Source of the DNA: Thermoanaerobaculia bacterium
GTDB taxonomy: Bacteria > Acidobacteriota > Thermoanaerobaculia > UBA5066
Assembly: GCA_963816185.1 (NCBI GenBank)
Contig: CAWFJJ010000029.1
Coordinates: 288,001 to 352,000, forward strand
Direction: 5' to 3'
Length of the DNA: 64,000 bases
Position numbers and translations under genes: made by a program
Shown: in pieces, positions 45,840 to 56,455 of the stretch
Layout: each line of letters begins with the position of its first letter
How positions within the stretch are numbered: position 1 is the stretch's first letter
Notes under the pieces: generated by a model
What the model saw: the letters and a program-made list of their open reading frames with translations, nothing else
What the model was told of the DNA's origin: nothing
Database searches by the model: none

Positions 45840-47508
45840 CCGCGCCCGAGGACCTCGAGATGGAGTTCGACCGGGACGACCTGCTCCGGGTGTACCTCGC
45901 CGAGGCCGAAGAGCGGCTCTCACAGATGGAGGGCGGCCTCGTTCTCCTCGAGGGTCATCCCGAAGACGAGGAGCTCCTCCAGGCCATCTTTCGCGCCGCG
46001 CACACCCTCAAGGGGAACTCGGCGACGCTCGGGTTCGCCGCGCTCACCGAGTTCACTCACGTGCTGGAGGACCTCCTCGAGCGCGTGAGGAGCCGGACAG
46101 TGAACGTGACGGGCGAGCTCGTGTCGGTGCTCCTGGGCTCGGTCGACGTCCTGAGGCAGCTCCTTTCGGACGCGGCGAAAGGCCTCGACGGGATGAGCGA
46201 CTCGCAGCGCTCGTTCCTCGGGCGGCTCTCGGGCGCTCTGGAAGAGAAGACCTCCGGGCGCCCGTCGCTTCGCCCCACGGCACCGAAGAGATCCGAGCCG
46301 AAAAGAGCGTCGAGATTCCCGGGCTCAATCTCATGACGAGGACGCTGCGCGTCGATCTCGACAGGCTGGACCAGATGCTGGACCTCGTCGGCGAGATCGC
46401 GGTTTCCCGCGGCCGCCTGCGTCAGCTCCTGGAGCAGAGGAGCACCCAGGACCTCGAGGAGGCTCTGGAGGTTCACCAGGAAGCCGACCGCCTCGATATG
46501 GATCTTCAGGAGCTCGTCATGAAGATCCGGATGATTCCCGTGGGCCCGACCTTTCATCACTTCGCGCGGACGGTCCGGGATCTCGCGCGCACCCAGGGCA
46601 AGCAGGTGCGGCTCGTCACGGAAGGCGAGGACGTCGAAGTCGACATGACGGTCATCGAGCGAATCCGCGACCCGCTCACCCACATGATCCGGAACGCCGT
46701 GGATCACGGCATCGAGGCGCCCGAGGTCCGGGCGTCGGCCGGAAAGGACCCCTGCGGGTGCATTCGCCTCCGCGCCTTCCACGACACGGGCTCGATCGTG
46801 ATTCAGATCGCCGACGACGGGTCCGGTCTCGACCGGACGCGTCTCCTGGAGCGGGCCCGCGCGAAGGGGCTCGTCCAACCGGCGGAGGCGCTCAGCGACG
46901 TCGCCGTCGACCATCTCATCTTCGAGCCCGGCATCTCCACGTCCGAGGCCGTCACCGAAGTTTCGGGGCGCGGAGTCGGCATGGACGTCGTGCGCCGCGA
47001 CGTCGAGGCGCTTCGCGGCTCGATCGAGATCGAGACCGAGGTCGGCCGCGGCACGACGATCACGCTTCGGCTCCCGCTCACGCTCGCGATCATCGACGGC
47101 TTCGTCGTGAAGGCGTCCGACGAGACGTACGTCGTCCCCGTGGAGACCGTGATCGAGTGCATCGACCTCCCGGCGGACGAGCGCGGGACCGGCCTTTCCG
47201 GGCTGATCAACCTTCGCGGATCTCCGCTTCCCTATCTCCGCCTGCGCGAGCTCTTCGGCCTGCCGGGCGAGGCCGCAGCGCGCGAGAACGTCGTCGTGGT
47301 CCGAAACGAGGGGTCGCAGGCGGGCCTCGTCGTCGATGCCCTTCTCGGCGGGAGTCAGATCGTGATCAAGCCGCTCGGCCGGCTCTTCCGCGGCCTTCCC
47401 GGAGTCGCCGGCTCGGCGATCGTGGGGGACGGACGCGTCGCCCTGATCCTCGACGTGCCGAGGCTCGTGAGAACCGCGCTCAACCGTGAAATGTCTTACC
47501 AATCCTGA
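45836..47508 (+). CDS. cheA: Chemotaxis kinase CheA (Hpt-P3-P4-P5), split by an apparent 1-nt deletion near 46256-46258
   Basis: IFRAAHTLKG in 45836-46336; TLRVDLDRLDQM, HMIRNAVDHGIE, SGRGVGMDVV, LPLTLAII in 46333-47508; the linker is open in the second frame upstream of ATG 46333. Confidence 0.92.
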
Positions 47509-47519
47509 AGGAGAGTCAC

Positions 47520-48092
47520 ATGAAGGTCTTCAAAGTGTCGTTCGTCATCGCCCTCGCGGGGCTCCTCGCGAACACGATCTGGGCCGGGTTCGAGATCACG
47601 CCGGCCGTCCAGAAGGAGCTCGACAAGCAGGTCGGCCAGGTCAAGGCCTGGGCCGCGGACCCGGTGATCGTCAAGGCCGTGCTCGCCCAGAACGAGAAGG
47701 GGCCGATCGCGGGCATGGACAATTCGAAGTGGAAGATCTGCGCCGCAGCGACGCATTCGTGAAGGAGTTCCAGAGCAACCCGGCGGGCCAGTACCTCAAG
47801 CGGAAGATCGCGGAGTCCAACGGAACGTACTCCGAGGCGTTTCTCAGCGGCGCGCAGGGAGAGAAGGTCGCGTTCTTCGAGAAGACGTCGAGCTTATCTG
47901 CACAAGGGGATGCCCAAGTTCGACGTGCCCTTCTCGTCGGGGAAATCGTGGCAGGGGCAGCCGGAGTTCGACGAGAGCAGCCAGACCCATCAGATTCAGG
48001 TTTCCGTGCCCGTTCTGAGCGGGGCGAAGCCCGTCGGCGTCCTCGTGGTGGGCGTCAGCCTGACGAAGCTCGAGAAGGTCACGAAGAAGTAG
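47520..48092 (+). CDS. Stand-alone secreted PDC/dCache-like sensor domain protein, frameshifted near 47735 and 47894
   Basis: Signal peptide, WAADPVIVKAV..QN; middle frame YSEAFLSGAQGEKVA; last frame PEFDESSQTHQIQVSVPV...PVGVLVVG. Confidence 0.72.
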
Positions 48093-48141
48093 GGCGCGAA
48101 ACGAACGCGCCGCCCGCCATCGCGAAAGGAAGATTCGAGCC

Positions 48142-49829
48142 ATGAACAAGATCTGGAGCGCGAAATTGCAGACGAAGCTCGTCGGAGCCTTCGTAATCGG
48201 CAGCCTTTTGGGAGCCGGGGCGGTCGCGTGGAACCTGTCGAGCTTCCGCTGGGCGGCCTCCGCGTTCCACGTGGCGACCCGGGAAAGCCTTCCCGCCCTC
48301 GAGTACGTCAACGCGGTCGATCGGGACATGCAGAGGGCGCTCGTCGCCGAGCGCACGCTCATGTTCCTCCGGCAAGCCTCGGAAGAGGCCGCGCAAAAGC
48401 GCAAGGACCATGCCGAAAACCTTCAGCAGGCCAAGGAGCAGTGGGCCAAGTACAAGGCTCTCCCCGCAAGCGACGACGAGAAAGAAGCTCTGGCCGGACT
48501 TCGAGGGTTCCTTCGGCGAATGGGAAAAGACCACGCTCGAAGTGCAGGCCCTTCTCGCACAGGACATGGCGGACGCCCGAAAGGACGCCATCGACCTCTC
48601 TCTGAACGCGGGCGAAGAGAAGTTCACGAAGACCCAGGGCATCCTTTCAAACCTCGCGAACATCCGGCAGAAGAGCACCGAGGCTTTCGCCGGTAAGGTC
48701 CAGGCCACGGCCGTCCGGACGACGGTGCTCGCCGTGGTCGTTCTCCTGGCGCTTCGTCGGCTGCGGAGTCGCCCTCGGGCTCCTGTTCTCCCGCCTCATC
48801 GCCGGGTCCCTCAAAGACGTCGCCGCGCAGGCCGGGCGCGCCGCGGACGGCGATCTGAGCGTGCGGATCGCGGTGAAGAGCCAGGACGAGATCGGCCAGA
48901 TGGGCCTCGCGCTGAACCGGATGCTCGAGAGCTTCCAGAACGTCATCGTTCAGGTCCAGCAGTCGACCATGCAAACCGCTGACGCTTCCCGTCAGCTCGC
49001 CAAGGGCTCGGAGCAGCTTTCGAGCGGGGCCGGCGAGCAGGCCTCTTCCATCGAAGAGACGTCCGCGTCCCTGGAGGAGATGAGCGCGTCCATCACGCAG
49101 AACGCGGACAACAGCCGCCAGATGGAGGAGATGGCGCTGAAAGGGGCCCAGGAGGGCGAGGACAGCGACAAGGCCGTGAAGGAGACGCTCGAAGCGATGA
49201 AGGCGATCGCCGAGAAGATCTCGTTCGTCGAGGACATCGCGTATCAGACGAACCTCCTGGCCCTGAACGCGGCCATCGAGGCCGCGCGGGCCGGAGAGCA
49301 CGGGAGAGGCTTCGCCGTCGTGGCGGCCGAAGTGCGCAAATTGGCCGAGCGGAGCCAGGCGGCCGCGAAGGACATCAGCTCTCTGAGCGGCTCCAGCGTG
49401 AAGGTGGCCGAGCGGGCGAGCCAGTCGCTGGCCGAGCTGGTGCCGGCGGTTCGCAAGACCGCCGAGCTCGTGCAGGAGGTGGCCGCGGCCTCCCTGGAGC
49501 AGGCGAGCGGGGTCGCCCAGGTGAACAAGGCGATGACGCAAGTCGATCAGGTTACGCAGCGAAACGCGGCGGCGGCGGAGGAGTTCGCCTCGACCGCGGA
49601 GGAGATGGCGACCCAGGCGGAGAGCCTCCAGCAGCTCGTGGCTTTCTTTCGATCGGGCGAACAGGGGAACACCCCGGCGCGCCAGGCGCCGTCGCCCCGT
49701 CCGGCCGTCGAGAGCGGCGTCCGGCGCGCGCTTCCGCGGCCGGCGGCGCTCCATCCGGGGCTCGTGATCGCGTCCCCCGCCGCCGCGCGCGCGGCCGTCG
49801 GAACCGACGCGAACTTCCGGCGGTTCTGA
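48142..49829 (+). CDS. Methyl-accepting chemotaxis protein (four-helix-bundle sensor), frameshifted near 48482 and 48750
   Basis: TM1-4HB-TM2-HAMP (DEIGQM) spread over three frames; [40 protein letters not shown]; ends NFRRF. Confidence 0.9.
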
Positions 49830-49832
49830 AGG
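49673..49832 (+). repeat. 160-bp direct repeat shared by the 3' ends of two MCP genes (copy at 51393-51552)
   Basis: Two mismatches seen; encodes the tether and the NFRRF pentapeptide. Confidence 0.92.
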
Positions 49833-49843
49833 AAGAAGACGAT

Positions 49844-51549
49844 ATGCCACCAACACTCGAACGGACGACGTCGGCTCACGTGCTGACGGCCAGGCTCTCG
49901 AATCTTCCGATCTGGGTCCGCTTGGTGGCCGCCCTCGTGCTGCTCGTGGCGGTGACGGTGGGGGGCATGGCGCCTCTGGAGCGCGCGTGAACAGGAACGC
50001 GTCGCGCAGGAGCAAGCCCGCACATATGCGGTCAGCGCAACCCGGATCACCTTGGCGGGTGTGACGACGGCCATGATGTCGGGTGATCGCGCCCTGGTGG
50101 CCGCCCTCGTCGAGGAGATCCAGCGAGCCAAGAACATCGAGTCGTTGAACATCCTCGTCGGGGACAAGGTGCGCGAGCAATACAAGGCAAAGGGGTCCGA
50201 GAATTATCAGTCCGATGCGCTAGAGCGGCAAGTCCTGGCTACGGGCGAACCGTTTTTCGGGCTGGAAAGCGCGAACGGGAAGCCGGTCTACCGGGGGATC
50301 GTGCCGACCGTGGCGAGTCGGAACGCCCAAGGCAAGGACTGCCTCGCCTGCCACCAGGTTCCCGACGGGACCGTTCTGGGGGCGGTCAGCTTCCGCATGG
50401 GTCTTGACGAGGTCAGCCAGTCCAGCCGCGGTTTTCAGCGAAAGGCTTTGCTCGCGGCCGTGTTGCTGCTCATCCCGGTTGTCTTCTTCTGCTACGTGTT
50501 CGTGACCCGCACCGTCAGCGGGCCCCTCGCTCAAGCCGTGGGGCTGGCCGAGCGGATCGCGGAGGGGGACCTGCGCGAGACATTGAAAGTCGGGCGCGAA
50601 GATGAGACGGGCAGGCTCCTGGCCAGCATGCGGACCATGTCGGAGAAGATGTCACGGACGATCGTGGAGGTCATGGGCGGGGCCAACGCCTTGGCTTCGG
50701 CTTCCGCCCAGGTTTCCTCGACCGCCCAGAGTCTGTCCAGCGGAACGAGCGAGCAGGCGGCGTCCCTGGAAGAGACGACGTCGAGCCTGGAGCAGATGAG
50801 CGCCTCCATCACCCAGAACGCCGACAACAGCCGCCAGACGGAGGAGATGGCCCTGAAGGGCGCGAAGGAGGGCGAAGACAGGGCGGCAAGGCCGTGAAGG
50901 AGCCGCTCGAGGCGATGCAGACCATCGCCGAGAAGATCTCCATCATCGAGGAGATCGCGTACCAGACGAACCTCCTCGCCCTCAACGCGGCCATCGAGGC
51001 GGCGCGAGCCGGGGAGCACGGCCGGGGCTTCGCCGTGGTGGCGACCGAGGTGCGCAAGCTGGCCGAGCGAAGCCAGACGGCGGCGAAGGAGATCAGCTGG
51101 TCTGAGCGGCGTCGAGCGTGAGGGTGGCGGAACGGGCGGGCCGGTCGCTCGCCGAGCTGGTGCCGGCGATTCGAAAGACGGCAGAGCTCGTGCAGGAGGT
51201 GACCGCAGCCTCCCAGGAGCAGGCGAGCGGGCGTGGCCCAGGTGAACAAGGCCATGAGGCAAGTGGACGAGGTCACACAGCGCAACGCCTCGGCGGCGGA
51301 GGAGCTGGCCAGCACCGCGGAGGAGATGGCGGCCCAGGCGGAGGCCCTCCAGCAGCTGATGGCTTTCTTCCGACCGGGCGAACGGGGAACGGCCCGGCGC
51401 GCCAGGCGCCGTCGCCCCGTCCGGCCGTCGAGAGCGGCGTCCGGCGCGCGCTTCCGCGGCCGGCGGCACTCCATCCGGGGCTCGTGATCGCGTCCCCCGC
51501 CGCCGCGCGCGCGGCCGTCGGAACCGACTCGAACTTCCGGCGGTTCTGA
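49844..51549 (+). CDS. Methyl-accepting chemotaxis protein with a periplasmic c-type heme sensor domain; multiple apparent frameshifts
   Basis: TM1 from ATG 49844; [19 protein letters not shown]; HAMP (DETGRLL); signalling domain in pieces (50894, 51118, 51233); indels near 49973, 50880, 51100, 51230, 51390. Confidence 0.85.
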
Positions 51550-51563
51550 AGGGAAAGGTCAAC

Positions 51564-52157
51564 ATGTCACATGCGCACGAAGAGAAGACGACGTCGTCCC
51601 AGTACCTCTGCTTCCGCCTTGCGGGCGAGGAGTGCGCGATCGGCATCCTGAGGGTCAGGGAGATCATCGAGTACGACACGGTGACGAAGGTCCCCGCCAT
51701 GCCGCCCTGGGTTCGCGGCGTGATGAACCTCCGCGGCGGCGTCGTGCCCGTCATCGATCTCACGGTGAAGTTCGGCCTCCCCGAGAGTCCGGTCACGAAA
51801 CGGACCTGCATCGTCATCGCGGAGGTGACACTGGACGGCGAGCCGACCGTGATGGGCATCGTCGTGGACGCGGTCAGCCAGGTTCTCGAGCTCTCACCCG
51901 CCGACATCGAGCTGCCCCCGGCCTTCGGGACTTCCGTTCGGGTCGACTACCTGCTCGGCCTCGGCAAGTTCGGCGACCGGTTCGTGCTCCTGCTCGACAT
52001 CGACCGCGTGCTCTCAACCGCAGAGCTCCTGAAAGCGGCATCGCTCGAGTCCCGGGAAGTCGAGCCGGCGGGCGACGAGATCGTCCCCGCGCCGGCAGCG
52101 GAGCCTGGCAGGAGGACCCGCGGCGTCGCAGATCCGACGAAGGGTCTGACCGCTTGA
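51564..52157 (+). CDS. cheW: Chemotaxis coupling protein CheW
   Basis: [47 protein letters not shown]. Confidence 0.95.
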   Translation: MSHAHEEKTTSSQYLCFRLAGEECAIGILRVREIIEYDTVTKVPAMPPWVRGVMNLRGGVVPVIDLTVKFGLPESPVTKRTCIVIAEVTLDGEPTVMGIVVDAVSQVLELSPADIELPPAFGTSVRVDYLLGLGKFGDRFVLLLDIDRVLSTAELLKAASLESREVEPAGDEIVPAPAAEPGRRTRGVADPTKGLTA

Positions 52158-52183
52158 GCAACATTGCCAAAAGGGAGTTTCAG

Positions 52184-53851
52184 ATGCTCAAGAACTTGAA
52201 AGTCGGCCAGCGTCTCGGGCTCGCCTTCGGCCTCGTTCTGATCTTGACGGCGGCCGTCGGAGTCGTGGGATACCGCGGTGTGAGACGCGTCGCCGACCTG
52301 ACGCGCATCGTGCCGACGGTCAGCCCGGTGATCGAGCAGTCCCAGCGAATCCAGGTCTCGGTGCTCGAGCTGAGGCGGTTCGAAATGGAGCTCATCCTGA
52401 ACTTCGATTCCCCCGGCAGATCCGCCGACTATGCGAAGAAGTGGAAAGAGGAGATGCACAAGCTCGGCGGCCGCCTGGACGAGCTCGAGAAAGCCCTCGC
52501 GATTCAGAAGAGCATCAACCTCGAGCGCGACAAGGACATGTTGAATGGAATGCGCGCGGGCGCGGCGGCATACGAAGCCGGGATCTCCGGATTCCTCGCC
52601 AGGATCAAGGAGACCCCCCTCAAGTCGTCCCAGGAGGGAAACGCCGCCGTCGCGCCGTTCAAGGACGACGCCGACAGGCTCGAGATGACGGTCGCCGACC
52701 TCGCCCATCTTTACTCCGACGAGCTCGCCGGCCTCGAAAAGGCGGTGAGCGCGGACGTACGCAGAGTGACCGCCGCCGTCCTGATCATGGTGATCCTCGC
52801 GGTCGTTTTCAGCACAATCATCGCAACCCTGTTCACCCGGGCCATCACGGCGCCCCTGAAGACCGCCGCCACCGCCGTCGGCGAGATCGCCCACGGCGAT
52901 TTCCGCACGTCGATCGAGGCGCGCGGGCGGGACGAAATCGGTCAGATGCTCCTGGGCATGCAGGAGATGTCCCGGAGCCTCTCGCAGATCATCTCCGAGG
53001 TGCGCGCAGGAGCCGATGCGCTGACGTCTGCCTCCGCGCAGCTTTCCGCCACGTCGCAGACCGTCTCGCAGGGTACGAGCGAGCAGGCTTCGAGCGTTCA
53101 GGAGACGACGGCGAGCCTCGAGCAGATGACGGCGTCGATCACGCAGAACGCGGAGAACAGCCGCCAGACGGAGAAGATGGCCGTCAAGGGAGCGCGGGAC
53201 GCCGAGGCGAGCGAGAAAGCCGTGAAAGAGACGGCGAGCGCGATGAGCGACATCGCCGAGAAGGTCTCGATCATCGAGGAGATCGCGTACCAGACGAACC
53301 TTCTCGCGCTCAACGCCGCGATCGAAGCGGCGCGGGCGGGAGAGCACGGCAAGGGGTTCGCGGTCGTCGCGAGCGAGGTTCGGAAGCTCGCCGAGAGGAG
53401 CCAGACGGCCGCTAAGGAGATCAGCTCGCTCGCCGCGTCGAGCGTCAAGGTCGCGGAGACCGCGGGCTCGCTTCTGAGCCAGCTCACGCCCTCCATCCGG
53501 AAGACGGCCGATCTCGTGCAGGAAGTGGCCGCGGCCTCGGCCGAGCAGGCGTCGGGCGTCACGCAGATCAGTCGGGCAATGGGCCAGGTCGAGCAGGTAA
53601 CGCAGCGGAACGCGTCGGCTTCCGAGGAGCTCGCTTCGACTGCGGAAGAGGTCTCGTCCCAGGCCGAGGCGCTGAAGCAGACCATGGCGTTCTTCCACAT
53701 CGACGAGTCGCAGTTCGGCGATCGGCCTCTGATCCCGACCCTGGACCCGCGCCCGATTCCGGCGAGACCGGAAAGGAAACGTCTGTCGGGGACTCACGAA
53801 GCGGCGTCGCGCCGCGGAGATTTCCGGCCCGCTGCCGGACACGCGAACTGA
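52184..53851 (+). CDS. Methyl-accepting chemotaxis protein (intact, helical periplasmic sensor)
   Basis: [18 protein letters not shown]1, TM2, [44 protein letters not shown]. Confidence 0.95.
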   Translation: MLKNLKVGQRLGLAFGLVLILTAAVGVVGYRGVRRVADLTRIVPTVSPVIEQSQRIQVSVLELRRFEMELILNFDSPGRSADYAKKWKEEMHKLGGRLDELEKALAIQKSINLERDKDMLNGMRAGAAAYEAGISGFLARIKETPLKSSQEGNAAVAPFKDDADRLEMTVADLAHLYSDELAGLEKAVSADVRRVTAAVLIMVILAVVFSTIIATLFTRAITAPLKTAATAVGEIAHGDFRTSIEARGRDEIGQMLLGMQEMSRSLSQIISEVRAGADALTSASAQLSATSQTVSQGTSEQASSVQETTASLEQMTASITQNAENSRQTEKMAVKGARDAEASEKAVKETASAMSDIAEKVSIIEEIAYQTNLLALNAAIEAARAGEHGKGFAVVASEVRKLAERSQTAAKEISSLAASSVKVAETAGSLLSQLTPSIRKTADLVQEVAAASAEQASGVTQISRAMGQVEQVTQRNASASEELASTAEEVSSQAEALKQTMAFFHIDESQFGDRPLIPTLDPRPIPARPERKRLSGTHEAASRRGDFRPAAGHAN

Positions 53852-53874
53852 GGAATTCCGGAGGAGAGACTGCC

Positions 53875-54816
53875 GTGCGGACCCGGAGGACCGTTGCCGA
53901 AGAGCGCTTCTCTGTCGCCTCGCCGTGGGACTCGGCGATCGCGCCGATCGAGCAGCATGTTTTTCGCCGATTTCAGAGCCTCATCCTCGGGGAATCGGGC
54001 ATTCGCCTCGCCGAGGTGAAAAAGGCGCTCCTCACGGGACGCCTCAGCCGCCGCCTGCGCGAGCTCGGCCTGACGTCCTTCGGGGAGTACCTCACGCGGG
54101 TGGAGGCGGACGAGCCGGAGCGGGTCCGGATGCTCGACCTGATCGCCACGAACGAGACCCGGTTCTTTCGGGAGAGCAAGCAGTTCGAGCTGCTGGATTC
54201 CGACGTGCTGCCGCGGTGGGCCGCCGAGGCGTCCGAGGGGAAGAGGCCGCGCCGTCTCCGGGCGTGGAGCGCGGGGTGCTCGACGGGCGAGGAGCCTTAC
54301 TCGCTCGCCATGCTCCTCCTTTCTCACTTCCCGAGAGACTGGGACATGGAGATCCTTGCGACCGATCTTTCGACGCGCGCCCTGGACAGGGCCCGGACCG
54401 CCGTCTTCTCACTTTCGAAATCGAACGAGATTCCCCCAGCCTTCCTCAAGACCTACATGCTCCGCGGGACGGGGCCCGAAGACGGGAAGATGAAGGCCGG
54501 CCCCGAGGTTCGCGCGTTCGTACGGTTCGAGCGTTTGAACCTGAACGACGCGACGTACCAGGTCGGAGGTCCCTTCGACCTGATCCTCTGCCGGAACGTC
54601 CTCATCTACTTCGATTCCGACGGAAAGCGTCGGGTGATCGAGAGGCTCCTCTCTCACCTCGCGCCGACAGGATTCTTTCTCGTCGGACACGCAGAGAGCC
54701 TGAACGGAATCACGGACGGCGTTCGCGCGGTGATGCCATCGGTCTACACCGCGGGTTCCGCGCCGGCGCGCGCGCGCGTCGCACCGTCCCGCCGGGAAGG
54801 GCTCCGGGCGACATGA
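53875..54816 (+). CDS. cheR: Chemotaxis methyltransferase CheR
   Basis: [39 protein letters not shown]. Confidence 0.96.
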   Translation: MRTRRTVAEERFSVASPWDSAIAPIEQHVFRRFQSLILGESGIRLAEVKKALLTGRLSRRLRELGLTSFGEYLTRVEADEPERVRMLDLIATNETRFFRESKQFELLDSDVLPRWAAEASEGKRPRRLRAWSAGCSTGEEPYSLAMLLLSHFPRDWDMEILATDLSTRALDRARTAVFSLSKSNEIPPAFLKTYMLRGTGPEDGKMKAGPEVRAFVRFERLNLNDATYQVGGPFDLILCRNVLIYFDSDGKRRVIERLLSHLAPTGFFLVGHAESLNGITDGVRAVMPSVYTAGSAPARARVAPSRREGLRAT

Positions 54817-55922
54817 CGCCTGGATTCCTCCCGCAGGCGGCGCCCGTCGACAAGAGCTCCCGCCCTTCCCGGATTCTCGTCGTCGACGACTCGGCCGTGG
54901 TCCGCCAGGCGATGACCGCCGTCCTGACGAAGGCCGGCTTCACGGTGGACATCGCGGCCGATCCGCTGATCGCCCTCGAGAAGATGAAGAAGGCGAGACC
55001 CGACGTGATCGTTCTCGATCTCGAGATGCCCCGGATGGACGGGCTCACGTTCCTACGCAAGCTGATGAGCGAGAACCCGATCCCGGTCGTGGTTTGCTCC
55101 GGGCTGACGGGTTCGGGGACCGAGGCGGCGATGCGGGCCCTCGAGGAAGGCGCGGTCGAGATCATCACGAAGCCCCGCGTCGGGGTGCACGGGTTCCTCG
55201 TGGACTCGGCGTCCCAGCTCGTGGACGCGATTCTGGGCGCCGCCCGGGCGCGGCTGCGCGCGCCGCGATCTCACGTGATGCAACCCCGGCTCACGGCGGA
55301 CGCGATGCTCCCGTCCCGCGTCAGACCGCTTGCCGTGACGACGGACCGCATCGTCGTGATCGGGGCGTCGACCGGCGGGACGGAGGCCCTGCGACGGCTC
55401 CTTCTGGATCTGCCGCCCGACTGTCCGGGCCTCGTGATCGTTCAGCACATGCCGGAGGTCTTCACGGCGGCGTTCGCGCGACGCCTGAACGAGACTTGCC
55501 GGATCGAGGTGAGGGAGGCCGTGGATGGAGATCACGTGGTCGAAGGGCGCGCCCTGATCGCACCCGGCAACCGGCACACGCTCCTCCGGCGCTCGGGCGC
55601 GCGCTATGTGGTCGAAGTTGCGGACGGTCCGCTCGTCTCGCGGCACCGGCCGAGCGTCGACGTGCTCTTCCGGTCGGCGGCCCAGGCCGCCGGTCTCAAC
55701 GCCGTCGGCGTCATCCTCACGGGCATGGGCGACGATGGGGCGGACGGGCTTCTCGAGATGAAGCGAGCCGGGGCCCGGACGCTGGCTCAGGACGAAGCGA
55801 CGTGCGTCGTCTTCGGCATGCCGAAGGAGGCGATCGCGCGCGGAGCGGCGGACGACGTGCTGCCTCTCGGACTCATTCCCGCGGCGATCGTGAACGCCGT
55901 CCGGGCCGATCTGCAATCCTGA
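54813..55922 (+). CDS. cheB: Chemotaxis response regulator methylesterase CheB
   Basis: REC ([15 protein letters not shown]); [37 protein letters not shown]. Confidence 0.96.
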   Translation: MTPGFLPQAAPVDKSSRPSRILVVDDSAVVRQAMTAVLTKAGFTVDIAADPLIALEKMKKARPDVIVLDLEMPRMDGLTFLRKLMSENPIPVVVCSGLTGSGTEAAMRALEEGAVEIITKPRVGVHGFLVDSASQLVDAILGAARARLRAPRSHVMQPRLTADAMLPSRVRPLAVTTDRIVVIGASTGGTEALRRLLLDLPPDCPGLVIVQHMPEVFTAAFARRLNETCRIEVREAVDGDHVVEGRALIAPGNRHTLLRRSGARYVVEVADGPLVSRHRPSVDVLFRSAAQAAGLNAVGVILTGMGDDGADGLLEMKRAGARTLAQDEATCVVFGMPKEAIARGAADDVLPLGLIPAAIVNAVRADLQS

Positions 55923-55939
55923 CGACGATTCTCGACGCC

Positions 55940-55958
55940 TGTCGTACGCCGTACGACA
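55940..55958. promoter_or_regulatory. Palindromic operator TGTCGTAC-N3-GTACGACA upstream of REC copy 2
   Basis: Perfect 8-bp inverted repeat homologous to 36674-36692. Confidence 0.65.
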
Positions 55959-56016
55959 CGATTCCCGTCGGGCCACCGATTCCGGAAGGAGCCGGCCGTC
56001 TCTAGTCTTCACCGGA

Positions 56017-56394
56017 ATGAGGATTCTGATCGTGGACGACTCGGAGCCGGTGGGCGCGCGCCTGGTGGCACTCCTCCGCCGGGTGGAAGGCCTCGAGTTC
56101 CTGCCGCAGGTGTTCAGCGCGAAGGGCGCAGAGCTGGCGTTCGACCGCGAGCGTCCCGAAATCGTCCTTCTCGACTTGCAGCTCCGGGACGGCACGTCGC
56201 TCGGGCTCCTCCGGGACATCAAGTCGAAAGCGCCCTCCACGCGCGTGTACGTCCTGACGGCCCATCTCGACGAGCGCTACCGAAAACCATGTCTCGAAGC
56301 CGGCGCCGAGTTCTACCTCAGCAAGGCGACGGACCTTCCGCTCCTCGCCGGCATTCTCGCGGACCTGGCGAGGGAGAGGCGGGCCGGGAAGTAG
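56017..56394 (+). CDS. Single-domain response regulator (REC), copy 2
   Basis: Close paralog of 36791-37198 (ILIVDDSEPVGA.LVALLRRVEGLEFLPQVF...LTAHLDERYRKPCL.AGAEFYLSKATDLP). Confidence 0.9.
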   Translation: MRILIVDDSEPVGARLVALLRRVEGLEFLPQVFSAKGAELAFDRERPEIVLLDLQLRDGTSLGLLRDIKSKAPSTRVYVLTAHLDERYRKPCLEAGAEFYLSKATDLPLLAGILADLARERRAGK

Positions 56395-56455
56395 AGCGGC
56401 CGGTGTAAAAAGATCGGCCCTGCCCGGGCGCGCTCTTTGCAGCGCCCGACGGCGA

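Noticed and set aside
45090-51400. Programmed frameshifting or phase variation in che genes
   Set aside because: The indels are not at canonical slippery heptamers or long homopolymer tracts and are too numerous; error or decay is more parsimonious
30031-56400. Intact prophage or ICE integrated at tRNA-Arg
   Set aside because: No integrase, capsid, terminase or conjugation genes seen, and I found no distal attR copy of the tRNA end
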